In this document: positions 1 to 11,096 of the stretch, piece after piece
How the letters are laid out: the number at the start of each line of letters is the position of its first letter
Position numbering within the stretch: position 1 is the stretch's first letter
Assembly: GCA_964620295.1 (NCBI GenBank)
Contig: CAZUIS010000001.1
Location: forward strand, 1-29,638
Source of the DNA: an uncultured Candidatus Peribacteria bacterium
GTDB taxonomy: Bacteria; Patescibacteriota; Gracilibacteria; Absconditabacterales; Absconditicoccaceae
Reading direction: 5' to 3'
Length of the DNA stretch: 29,638 bases
Notes under the pieces: model-generated
The model's input: only the letters and a program-made list of their open reading frames with translations
What the model was told of the DNA's origin: nothing
Database searches by the model: none
Made by a program: the position numbers and the translations under genes

Positions 1-1
1 T

Positions 2-283
2 ATTCAAGCATCAATATTTTTTGTTTGGTTTCCAATCATCATTGGGGTTATATTCATGATTTTTACTGATGGCCACTTCAAAGAATCGCATGTGAATGTT
101 GGTATAATCATTACATTACTAGTAGATGTAGTTGGTATGTTTTATATAATGGAGCATCCCATAGGTAAAATAACCATTACAGATGCTACTGTAAAAGAAG
201 AAATCAACAGAAGGGTTGCAGAAAACAACAAACTACTGGAAACTAAAAAAAAAGAGAATCAGGAACTAGAACTTTCTTACTAA
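2..283 (+). CDS. 5'-truncated membrane protein (C-terminal part)
   Basis: Frame of track ORF 56..283 is open from base 2 (IQASIFFVWFPIIIGVIFM...). Two hydrophobic stretches then a charged tail. TAA at 281-283 is followed by a terminator. Confidence 0.65.
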   Translation: MQASIFFVWFPIIIGVIFMIFTDGHFKESHVNVGIIITLLVDVVGMFYIMEHPIGKITITDATVKEEINRRVAENNKLLETKKKENQELELSY

Positions 284-284
284 G

Positions 285-309
285 CGTTGGATATATCCAA
301 CGTTTTTTT
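285..309 (+). terminator. Intrinsic terminator
   Basis: Perfect inverted repeat cgttgga-tata-tccaacg (285-302) followed by T7 (303-309), immediately after TAA 283. Confidence 0.8.
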
Positions 310-379
310 AGATAAACTATATTTTTTGCATTTTTCATAATTCTCCATATACTTACCTTGGTTTATTTCTCTCCCAACT

Positions 380-1585
380 ATGGAACAAGAAAAAGTAAGA
401 GAATTAGTAAATAAACAACCGTCTGAAGAACAACAAAAAACCATAAAAGAATTTCAGACTATTTTTTCTGAATTTAAAAATGAAATAAAAACAACAGCCC
501 AAGAAAAGACACAAGAAACACTAAATAAAGAAGATTTTACCAAACTTTTTGAATCTTTTGGCAGAGATTTACGAGACAATCAAAAAGAATCCCATATTCA
601 TGACAACGAAAATACAAAAATAAACCTTGAACGAGTCTACAACTACATATTACAAAAATGTACGACAAAAGATCCAAGCTTTATCCAAAAAATACAAGAC
701 CACGAAAAAACATATCTCACAGAAGAAATGCTCTCTTGACAAGGACTCTACTACAAAAAATTAATGATACTCAACATCTACCTAACAGAATATTTTTGAG
801 TGTTTTTTGCATACAATACCAGACATCTCGCCTATACTCCAAACCCAATTTTGGAAGCAGAAAAAAAACAAGTTTCAAAAGACGAACAGATAAAAATACA
901 AGAATCTATGCAATGATTTGGATTTGAGAGCGACCAACAACCAATTGAATATATATTAGTGAAAGGCAAATTTCCTGACACTAATTTCCAATGAGTATAT
1001 ATAGCAAACACCATATTTGCTTTCGACCAAACAGGAGGAGAAGACGTACAGCAAAGTATCATCCATGAATATGTTCACCAATGTTTCGATAAAAAATATG
1101 GCAACCAGATTTGACTCCAAGAGATTATCAAAAGCGATGAAAAAGAATATCGCATAGGATATATCTCTGATGGAATTTTCAAAAACGAATCACGATATAC
1201 AGCAACAGGACTATCAATTCAAGAATTTCTTGCTGATGCAATAGAAATGAATCTCTCAAAAGGAGGAAATCAGATAGACTTACGACACAAAGCATACAAT
1301 CTCAACGAACACAAAACATGTCCGATAAAATACAGAAATAGTATATGGCTAATGACATATCTCATTAACAACACTCCAGAACTAAGAGATATCTACGAAA
1401 AATACACAGACAATATAAAACATTTAGGAGAAGAAAAAGCTGACCAGATACTAAAAGAAAAATTAGAATCAACAAAAATCCAAGAAAAAAGCTGCCAAGA
1501 ATATATCACACAAAAATACTTTACAAAAACACAAGAAATAATCAGAATAATCGAAACCATAAGAACATCAAAAGGAAAAAAATAA
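380..1585 (+). CDS. HExxH-containing putative zinc metalloprotease (~401 aa)
   Basis: With TGA=Gly, track ORFs 380..739 and 1247..1585 (same frame) join with no TAA/TAG between them. Contains SIIHEYVHQC (1064-1078) and downstream QEFLADA (~1220-1240). No signal peptide. Confidence 0.75.
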
Positions 1586-1645
1586 TCAAAATTTGATTTT
1601 GAAAACGAAAACTGTATAAGTACCAGATAAAACAAAAACAGAACT

Positions 1646-2110
1646 ATGAACATCAAAGTAATGGCACTTATCATTAGCGGAATGACGATGATAGGGTGTA
1701 GTCTCAAGACTGACAAATCTATTGGTACAGAACAAATCAACAAGAAGATTGAAACATTAAAGAAAGAAAAGGATTCTCTCCTGTCAAGAAGACAAGAATT
1801 GGCAGAAGAAGAATTCAAACAGAAGAAAAGCGATGATTTAAAATTTGCTCTAGATCAAGAAATATTAAGCAAAGATGTAAAAATCAATGAGCAAGTACTA
1901 GAAAAAAGCAAACTACAATTAGATAAAAAAAAGTATGAAACAAAATTAGTTATCATATCAATTGTTGGAGTTATTGTACTAACGATTATTCATGTATTGC
2001 TTCCCAAGAAAAAAGAAACAAAGAGCTGATGGTTTTTTCATCAGCTTTTTTATAAAAAAAAGAGATTTTCCTTGATTTTTCCTACCAAAACAACACAATT
2101 CTCTTTATAG
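1646..2110 (+). CDS. Putative lipoprotein with coiled coil and C-terminal TM helix (ends 2029 if TGA acts as stop, 2110 under UGA=Gly)
   Basis: MNIKVMALIISGMTMIGC is lipobox-like. Middle is K/E/Q-rich, then hydrophobic LVIISIVGVIVLTIIHVLL and a basic tail. TGA at 2027-2029; next in-frame TAG at 2108-2110. Confidence 0.7.
2021..2051 (+). terminator. Intrinsic terminator-like hairpin overlapping TGA 2027-2029
   Basis: Stem agctgatg (2024-2031)/catcagct (2039-2046), 7-nt loop, T-run 2046-2051. Confidence 0.65.
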
Positions 2111-2142
2111 AAATATAGTATAATAGAAAAATAGAATTAAAG

Positions 2143-2193
2143 ACTATTTAACTATACCACTATAAAAACTATTTAACTATACCACTATTTAAC
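2143..2193 (+). repeat. 20-bp direct repeat plus partial third copy upstream of the exonuclease gene
   Basis: actatttaactataccacta at 2143-2162 and 2168-2187; actatttaac again at 2184-2193. TATAAT at 2119-2124 lies upstream; ATG at 2196. Confidence 0.8.
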
Positions 2194-2195
2194 CC

Positions 2196-4304
2196 ATGAA
2201 TCTCAATCCAAACTACAGATATATAGGTCTCGACTTCGAAACCACAGGACTTGATTTTACCAAAGATGAACCAATCCAAATAGGAATCGTAGAAATTGAT
2301 CACACAGGGAAAATTATCAATGAATTTTCTAGTCTTCTCAAACCAACTAAGGATCTCAACGAACTCAAAACAATAGTCTGATTTATCACGGGAATAGCTG
2401 TTGACGATATAGCAAACGCTCCAACACCGCAAGATATTCTTCCACAGATTCAATCATTTTTCACAGACAACACCATTCTTATTGGTCATAATATCAAGTT
2501 CGATTTAATGTTTCTAAATAAGTTTTTTTCCGATCTCAGCTACGCTGATACGATTGATACGTTTCCGCTGGCACAAGCCGTGATACACTATCAGTCCAGT
2601 TACGCACTAGAGGTTCTTGTGCCAGGAGAAAACGCCCACAACGCGCTTCAAGATACAAGAAACGCCCTCATTTTTTTCCAAAAAACTATCGAAAGACTTG
2701 AAATCCTCCAAACAAAATATCCAATTCTCTCTCATTTCACTTCCAATACGAACTATTCTCTCTCTAAATATCTCTCAAATAAACCAACACCAGAAAATTC
2801 AATACAAATCAAAGATATTCCAAGACTGACCAAAATTATGGGATCCTACACCCAACCCCAACCAAACGAAAAAACTCTCAGCACCTCAGAATTAGAAAAT
2901 CAAAAAAGATATTACGTAGGAAACAGTAATCTCAAAACATTTTTGGAACGTATTATTCCCAACAAAAATATCATTCTGACTTTTTCTAATCTCCAAAAAC
3001 TCAATATCGCAAAATCGATGCTCAACAATATGGGCATTAAAAATCTAGGATTTCTCAAAGATGATCAGATGATGGATTACCAAAAATTTGAAAATTTTCT
3101 CAACAAATCAACACATACTCACGAAGAAATCGCATTTATTTGTAAATATTATTCTCACCTAGAACAAGGTTTGGGATTACTTGATCTCAATACCAAAAGC
3201 GATTATCAAATTTATCATGCGCTCAAAAACAAAAAAGAAAAAACAAGATATCCTATCGTTTTAGCGACTCACCAAGGATTGTTTTCTTATATCCAAGACG
3301 AAACCAACGAATATCAAGACTATGAAATTCTATTTTTTGACGCTGAACGACGATACAAAAGTTATAACCTTTTCCTTTCTCGTCCTTGGGATATGTATTA
3401 TACACTTAATTTCATAGAGACCCTTCTCTACAAACAATCCCTCGACACTCAAATCCAAAAAAATGGAGAACAGAAAACCCAAAATTTAGAAGTATTTTAC
3501 ACTTCTTTCCAAATTTTTATTGGGCAGCTTTTTATCGAAAGCAAACAATTATTCACAGGAAATAATCTTGATAAGATCCAAAGCAACCCAATTACTACAG
3601 ATCCGACCTTTTACAAGACCAACCTTCTTTGGAAACAAATCAAAGAAAATCTTTCGCTCCTTGAAAATGAAATTGAAAAATCAGACTTTACAATTATCAA
3701 AAAACAATTTGATCACATAGATACGCTCTTCAACACAGTAGTAAATATCGAAAAGAAAATGATGGGAGAAGAAATGAATTTTGTCTACAGCGAACACACC
3801 CAATATACTTCATGGTCAGAATTTGTTGAAATATTTCCTTCAACAATCTATTTTTTCTCAAACACCGACAAATCTGCAGCTATGCTTTTTCCCAATAATG
3901 AATTTCAACAATCTATCAAAACCATCAAAATCTGACTTTATGACAGGATTCTCACCTATCTCCAAAACAACATTCCAACTGACGATTCCAACACTTCTCA
4001 TCTAACTAAATCTTTCTTTATCGCGTCAACAAGAAAAGAAGAATCCAAACAATTATTTGAAACATTATACAAAAACAATCTCCACAATTATTACACCATA
4101 GTAGCAGAAAACATCACCTGATGAGCAGGAAAAAACATCTTTAAACTCAAAAACAACAAACCCAAAATAATTATTGGTTGATATGCATTCTTATTATCCG
4201 TATATGCAGAGTGTATTTCTCTTGATGAAATCATCATTTTCAATATAAGAGGAAATAATGAACAATCAATTTTAGATGACATCCAACGGTATGCCAACAA
4301 ATAA
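2196..4304 (+). CDS. DEDDh 3'-5' exonuclease (DnaQ-like) fused to a degenerate DinG-like helicase region (~702 aa)
   Basis: TGA=Gly joins 2196..2381, 2508..3935 and the extension to TAA 4302-4304. ExoI GLDFETTG, ExoII GHNIKFD and ExoIII HNALQD are intact. Downstream PIVLATHQGL and ILFFDAE align by eye to DinG IVVTNHALL and LIIDEAH. No intact Walker A. Confidence 0.8.
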
Positions 4305-5196
4305 GGTCTTGTTCAGCGATATAATCAAATTTTTGATAGCAACAAGTATTATTTTGCTAGGATTTTTACGAAAAGGAGAAAAAGTCGGCGAAACGCAAGA
4401 AAACATATTTTTTCAAGATTATTTAAGCAAACAAGAAACGACAGAAACTATTTCCCAAGAAATATTCTCCCCAAAAACAAGTCCCGAAGAAACCCATGAA
4501 AGCGCACCAGAAATCCAAGATAAATGTACACAAGACGACGCTCTTTGCAAAAAAATAGAATTACAAGAGACAACAGCCATATTGCCTTACAAAAATCAAG
4601 TATATACAACCACGTATTTCATCAACACCAATCAAATCATTAAGAAAAAAATTGTAGATACTGTTCAAAAAATAGAGATCAAAGATGATAAAAACGAAAA
4701 AAGATGATACGCTACACGAGATACAGTTGTACTAAATATAGGGCCAATCGACAATCTAAAAGAATTCCAAAATCTTTCGGCACATGAATTAGGACATATC
4801 TTTGATTTATGAACAATTCAAGGAAAATCAAAAACAAAAAACAAGTTTTTTACGGAATTTAATAGGGCGGTTTTTTCCACAGATGATCCGTCGATTTTGT
4901 TCTACAAAATCTCCCGAGAATCCGAGAAAGTCAGAAAAAAAACCGCCACCAAAAAAGATTTTTGTAGTGGCTATGGAATGACAAACCCATTTGAAGATTT
5001 TTCTGAGTGTTTTAATCTCTTCATAAATAACCAAACCTTTTTTAAAATTATAGCCAAAAAAAACAAAACTCTGGAATTAAAATATAATTTTATTGCTACC
5101 CTCCTTCAAGGGCAATACCTAGAAAAAAACACGCAAGCACTGCAATTACTCAAAGAAGATATTGCGCGAAGGCCTCGAGACACAACAAAACTTTAA
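4291..5196 (+). CDS. Membrane-anchored zinc metallopeptidase (HExxH...EDFSE), ~301 aa
   Basis: TGA=Gly joins 4276..4707 and 4897..5196. N-terminal hydrophobic anchor IIKFLIATSIILLGFL, HELGH at 4783-4797, NPFEDFSE from ~4984. Start uncertain (ATG 4276 or 4291). Confidence 0.78.
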
Positions 5197-5209
5197 TCAT
5201 TGACGAGAT

Positions 5210-6619
5210 ATGAAAAAAACAAAACTTCTCCTCTCTCTACTTATTTCAATTCGATGAATAATACCATTCATATCTTTTTGACAAACACCAACAAATCAAG
5301 AGCCATGTACAACATGTTCTAGTTCTCCAGAAACACTATTATTGGTAAACAATTTTATCAATGAAATACTTCTCGAAATAAGAACAGTCTGAACAGCGGC
5401 CCCTTATGCGGGAAAATTTGTTCCTCCTAGCCGATTTGATACAGGAAAATTCGTAGGACAAAAACAAGGTATTTTAACAAAAGGCCTAAAACGAGCTAAA
5501 CAATCACTATGAAGCGTATTAGCCATCAAAAGAATATATATGGAATTTTGAGATGGAGTTGAAGTCATAGACTCTTTTGCTGTATTACCAAGAAACAAAA
5601 CCATCTTAAGAGACTGGCAGAAATTAGAAAAAATAGACGAGCTCATCAATAAAAAAAAATATGAACTTTCGGTAGGATGAGGACGAACAGATAAAATAGG
5701 AGGAGTGCCTTATCAAAACATGGAAAGAATAATAAAAAAATATCAAGATCTTTGAATTTTAACAAAAGATTCCAGTAAAATAAATGAATGAGCTGAATAT
5801 GGAGACCTTATCACATTATTATCAAAAATAAACAGCTCTATGAAACATCTAGTGGCGCTTCAGGGAGATAATCGAGCAAAAAAAGAAAAAGAAATCATAA
5901 TCATTTTATTAACAAGAGGAAGAATCTCTTTTAAAATACAAGAAACCGCAGTAGAAAAAATCAAAACCGCTTATGATTGTACAAAACGATACAAATGCGA
6001 ACAATCTCGAACAAACGCAAAAGATGAACTTAAAAAAATTAAAGATACTTTTAAAGATGGAATAAAAAGATCATCAGAGCAATTCAAAATTGCAAATGAT
6101 AAGCTTAAAAAAGCATATTCTCGAGAAAACATCAAAAAATCTATTCGAGAAGAAAACACAATAGTAAACCAACTTTCAGGAAGCATCAATAAGTTATGGA
6201 GGAAATTTGAAAAAAAAGATAATGAGATAAACGAGATCGAATCTTGGACCCAAGAACAAGATTGAGCTCAAAACACAAAAGACCAAGATAACAACGGAGA
6301 TCTACCAACTACAAGAAATGAAATAGAAAATAATTTACAAATAGCTGAAGACAAACAAGCAATTATCGATAATTTCATTGCTAAAATAGAAAAAACACAA
6401 ATGATGATAAGAGATGAGGCTACAACAATGGAAAGCCAATATAGGACAACTGACATTTCTGATATCATGGCATACTTCACTTCATTATCACAAACAACCA
6501 AAGGAATAACAGAAAACATAATTGGAAGCAAAGACTCAGAAAAAGACTGCCTTATCAAAAACCTAGGAGAGCTTTGTGAAAAACAGTGCGTAAACATAAG
6601 CAAAAAATGTTATTATTAA
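5210..6619 (+). CDS. Secreted hypothetical protein with N-terminal CxxC and C-terminal 4-Cys cluster (~469 aa)
   Basis: One open frame under UGA=Gly that includes track ORFs 5840..6265 and 6401..6619. Signal peptide MKKTKLLLSLLISIWGIIPFISFG; CTTC; C-terminal DCLIKNLGELCEKQCVNISKKCYY. Confidence 0.78.
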
Positions 6620-6636
6620 TTATTATATAAGAAATA

Positions 6637-7791
6637 ATGAAACAATCTTCAAAAAAACAAGCATATACAATTGTTGGAATCATAAGCATGATAGGTTTTT
6701 TTGTATGATCAATAACTCAAGCAAAAACAATTGATATCCAGTCTTTTTTGGTTTGAATAGATATGATCGAAGAAGGAAAGACTGATAATGATAATTTTAA
6801 CGCAATGTTAGTGTCATTTTGTTCTGCTATAAAAGAGTACAAAGAAATTTACAATAACATCATTTATGATAGTTCTCAATCACTTTTTGTCTATTATGTC
6901 TGCAAATACAAAAATGCAGGATCATTTGTATACAAAAATAAAGGGTTTTCCGATTCAGAAGAGATGTCCTACATGAAGTTCGAAAAGGACAACGAAGGAG
7001 AAAGCAAAAACAAGCTAGAGCAATCTTTACCATCTTTTTACAAGGAAACAGAAAAATATACAAAACAACTTTTTGACAAAATTATTGCAAGTTATACCAA
7101 CATCTATCAAGCAAATTTATATGGATACGCAAATAATCCAGACAAAGATCCAGAAGAAATAATTCACGAAAAATTTAGCAAAACATTTTTCAAAAGAAGC
7201 AATAAAGAAAACGATTATATACAATTTTGTTCTACAGAAAACCAAAAGGACACCTATCCCAAAACATGTAAAACGCTAAAAGAATATTTCTACGTAGGAA
7301 AAAACTTAATAAACGGAAATTGATCTAATTATCTAAACGACCAAAATATTTATGCAGGACTAGGAAAAACAAATTGTTGAAAAAAGTCATCAAGAGATAT
7401 TATTGCCTGCTGACTATTTTGAAATAAAATAGAAGATATCATCCACCCTATTTATAACGAACTGATGATGTATACGATATTTGTAGAATATTATTCATAT
7501 CTTTTGGAAAGCAAACCAAATTTTAGAAATCGAGACGAAAAAGAATTTCAAAAAAAAATAGCAAACAATCAAAACAGAATACAAAAAATGATAAGCAGTG
7601 TTGAATCATCAAGAAAAGCAATACAAACGACAATCAGAAAACTAAAAGAAACCCAATATACGCTACCAATTCATATCTGATTCCTTATGTATAGCGAGAG
7701 TATCTACGAATTAACAACAAATATGAATAAAACACTGACTCCTATTTATACATTACATGACATTCTAAGAAATGTTCAAAACCCAAACTAA
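6637..7791 (+). CDS. Secreted hypothetical protein with paired cysteines (~384 aa)
   Basis: One frame under UGA=Gly that includes 6763..7323 and 7465..7680, ending at TAA 7789-7791. Signal MKQSSKKQAYTIVGIISMIGFFVGSITQA. Confidence 0.78.
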
Positions 7792-9766
7792 AAAAATTAA
7801 ATTACTTATTCTTTTATGAGCTTTGTTGGGACTAATCCGAAGCATATTTTTCTTGAGAAAAAATGTTTTTGGTTGAATAGTTAACAACTTATTACAAGAA
7901 ACACTAAACATAATAGAGTCAAATCAACCAATAGAAGCTATATTTGAAGGAAAAATAACTGAAAGCATTTATGAAAAAGCTCTTGAAGCAGAAACCGTTG
8001 AAAGTGCAAAAATAACAAATGCAGCATTAGAAGATATGCAGTTTATAAACAGTTGAGTTACCATCAAAAAAGAAGATTTGCTCAACATATTATACTATAC
8101 AAACAACAACATCAATTATGCGATGAATAAAGTTTGCGAAAACAAAAAAAGTTGCAATATTACTCAAAAAGATATTTCAAAAAGCTATGATAACATAATA
8201 AAAGAATTACACCAAGCAAAGATCTTATCTACAAATAACAACAATCTAATAACAAGAAAAAAAGTAGATAGCCGAGTTAACAACAATTTTATACTATTTT
8301 CAAATAATGAATCTTCTTTTAAACAATTTGAAACAGCAAGTATCTGAGAAGATCTATTTATCAATGGAGTTCTCGAAGACGGAGATTACGATTTACAAGT
8401 AGACATGGAAAACATAGGAAACCTTTTGTTTGAATCATTTATCAGTCCCATTGAAACAGTATTTTATAAACTACCAACAAGCAAAAAAGGAAGTTCCGCA
8501 AATGGATGAAACAATTCAAACAACAATAGTAATGAAAGCATAAAAGATATTCTTCAAAAAGCATTAAACCAAATAAATACAGGAGTAATTACCAACTGAG
8601 GAGAACAAAACATATGATGACAAAATTCAACATCTCAAAATCCGCAAACAACAAACAAACAAATAACAACAGATTTAGATACTGATTTAAAAAATTTTAT
8701 AGCACAAAATAAGGTAACACAGCAAGAAGATCGTCAAAAAATAGGAGGAGTAGCTGGAGATATCTGTAGAGAAGAAATAGAAAGTAATGAAATAATTTCT
8801 CAAACAGAAGGAAACATAACAACACCAAGTTTCCAAGAAATAGAAAACTATCTAAAAGAAGCTCAAAACGAAATATCTTCATATAACAACACCTATCCAG
8901 AAAATCAAATAGCACCAAACATCAACAATATTTTAAGTGGGATGGATCCAAAACAGGCAAATGCGTTTGTTGAGGACTATATTAATGATTTTTTCAATAC
9001 AGAATCGACAGAATCTTGTCTAAAAAGTTGCAATAGTTTACCAGCTTCAGAAAGAATCATCTGCCAAATACAATGCCTATGTTTTACTATGTGACGACCA
9101 TCAGACAAGGATCCTAGAGTAAAAAATATGAATGAAATGTTGAAGTTAAGATTTTGTATGGTTCCTGCCAAAAGCATAGCAATTCCTAGAGGGAAAAGCA
9201 TTTATAGTCTAGACGATATTCTAGAAAGAATAAAAGCAAATATGGAAGATACAATCCAATGAGGCCAAATGGTAAAATTTCAAAAAACAAAAGAATTTTT
9301 GGATAACCCTATAGCAGATCTTAAGCGAGACAAAGTTATTTCCTTTCAAATAAATGTTAACATGAAACCATTATTTAGCAACAAATCTGCTTTAGCAAAA
9401 AAAGATCAAGAAAAAACAGCTTTAGAAAAGTTAGAACAGTCAGCTGGGAAAGAACAATCACCATGAACAAACAATAACAAATACGTCATCATCCAAGACA
9501 TTGCTAAAAACAAAGTTTACAAAGAATATGCCTGAGATTTTGAAGAATATCAAAACAAATACAATCAAGAAGTAGAAAAAATAAACCAAGAAAAAAATGA
9601 AAAAGAAAACTCGTTTAAACAAACAAACGTCATAAACGACCAAAAAGCAAGTTTTTTAACAACATTAACAGATTTTCTAGATAAGAATCTGGCATTCCGA
9701 AAGGAAACGGAAAAAAAATTACAAAATATTAATAACGTAGTAAATGCATTAGAAAGTAAGCTTTAA
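7772..9766 (+). CDS. Secreted or anchored hypothetical protein with N/Q/G-rich linker and CxxxC...CxxxCxC motif (~664 aa)
   Basis: One frame under UGA=Gly that includes 8078..8347 and 9269..9466, ending at TAA 9764-9766. N-terminal hydrophobic segment; SCLKSCNSLPASERIICQIQCLCF at ~9015-9085. Overlaps the upstream gene by 20 bp. Confidence 0.78.
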
Positions 9767-10221
9767 GTCAAGAAAGCAGCAACAATAGCTTTCATTATTG
9801 CATAAGAAAATGTTATAACGAGCACGCCAATAACAGCATTACTAATTGCTTTATTTGCTGAAGAAGGATCTTTTCCAGTAAAAATATTAGTAGCGTAAAG
9901 ATACCCCGCATAAACAATAAAACAAGCCCCAACGAAAATTCAAATTTCAGAAAGAAATTTAATAAGATATGCTAAATAGTCTAGCAAAGTATCCCATGTA
10001 AAAACTCAAGAAGCTAACTGAGCTGCAAGATTTTTCTTTTCCTTAAAAACACGTGCTTGTTGATTATAAGCATCCCAAACATGTCATCAAGAATTAGCAA
10101 TTGTTGTAACCGCCTGTTCCACTCCATCACTAGGTTTAACCTCTGGTATAATTTGAAGGTTTTGCGCAAACAGCGATCAATAAAATCCCAAAGAAAGAAG
10201 TAACCCAATAAAATACTTCAT
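9763..10221 (-). CDS. TrbC/VirB2-like (T4SS-type) pilin, ~152 aa
   Basis: Absent from the ORF track because of TGA. Signal MKYFIGLLLSLGFYGSLFA. C-terminal two-helix hydrophobic hairpin FLSEIGIFVGACFIVYAGYLYAT...KAISNAVIGVLVITFSYAIMKAIVA matches the pattern of CPR VirB2-like pilins (recognised by eye). Confidence 0.7.
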
Positions 10222-10244
10222 ATAACATATCTAAAAAAATAAAA

Positions 10245-11075
10245 TTATTTTTGGCAATAAGATGATAACGGGGCTTGTTGGAGTAAGATATCAAAGAGAC
10301 TTGAAAGAGTTGAAAGTTTATCCAATAACTTCATCAGCCTATTCTCCACGAAATACTTTGTATAAGAAGTAAAGCCATCCAACAAAAGAGTTGTTGCATT
10401 ATATTGAGAGATCAAAATAGCTAAGGAAGTTTCTTGACGAATTCTAGAGGAGACCAAAGAAAAACACCTTCCATAATAACCATCAGCTTCAATATCTATA
10501 TGATTTGTTGGTGCTAATTGATAATACATTAACATGGCAACCAAACAATAGTTAATATATTTATCATGAAGACTATATCAAGAAATATTTCAGAGAAGGC
10601 TTACAGGATCTTTGTTAGTTTCATAAAGTTCATAAAGATACGGTTGTTTAATTGTTCGATATTGTTTATATTTTTCTCCAAATCAAGAAACATTTTTTTT
10701 ATAGTCAATGTCTTTAACAAATTCTCTCCATTCTTTTCCCAAAGGATCAGGTATCATACCCGGATACATCATTTCTGCATCAAGCTTTCTTAATCAAACA
10801 TCAATAAGATGATCATACCAATAAGGACTTTCTGGTCAAACATCAAGATTCTCACAACTTCAACGATAAAGGTTTTCTAAACAACAATAAGACCTTAGAT
10901 GATTTTGAGCAATTTTCAAATCATCAAGAGAAAGAAATGGAGAAAACGCAACCCAAGAAGGAGTAACGTTGTCTGATAAAATAGTATCACAATCAGTTTT
11001 AGCAAAACTAAAACCCAAAAACAAAGGGATCAAAAAGACAATTCATCAGATTATTTTTTTTTGAAAACAACTCAT
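10245..11075 (-). CDS. Secreted Cys-containing hypothetical protein (~276 aa)
   Basis: Frame of track ORF 10245..10544 is open under UGA=Gly up to ATG 11075. Signal MSCFQKKIIGGIVFLIPLFLGFSFA; motifs YCC...GSC, PESPYWYDHLIDVGLRKLD, PDPLGKEWRE. Confidence 0.78.
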
Positions 11076-11096
11076 AAAAACAAGGAAAAATATAAA

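Noticed and set aside
832-1818. Minus-strand track ORFs 832..1062 and 1393..1818
   Set aside because: Antisense shadows of the 380..1585 and 1646 genes; F/S/I-rich composition typical of the reverse strand of A-rich coding DNA.
2143-2193. Mini CRISPR array
   Set aside because: Only two 20-bp copies with a 5-bp gap, no spacers of CRISPR length and no cas genes. The degenerate DinG lacks the other type IV Cas components.
9763-10221. Type IV (PilA-type) pilin, or a complete conjugative T4SS
   Set aside because: No class III prepilin G|FxxxE motif, and the hydrophobic hairpin is C-terminal (VirB2-like). No VirB4, VirD4 or relaxase in the window.
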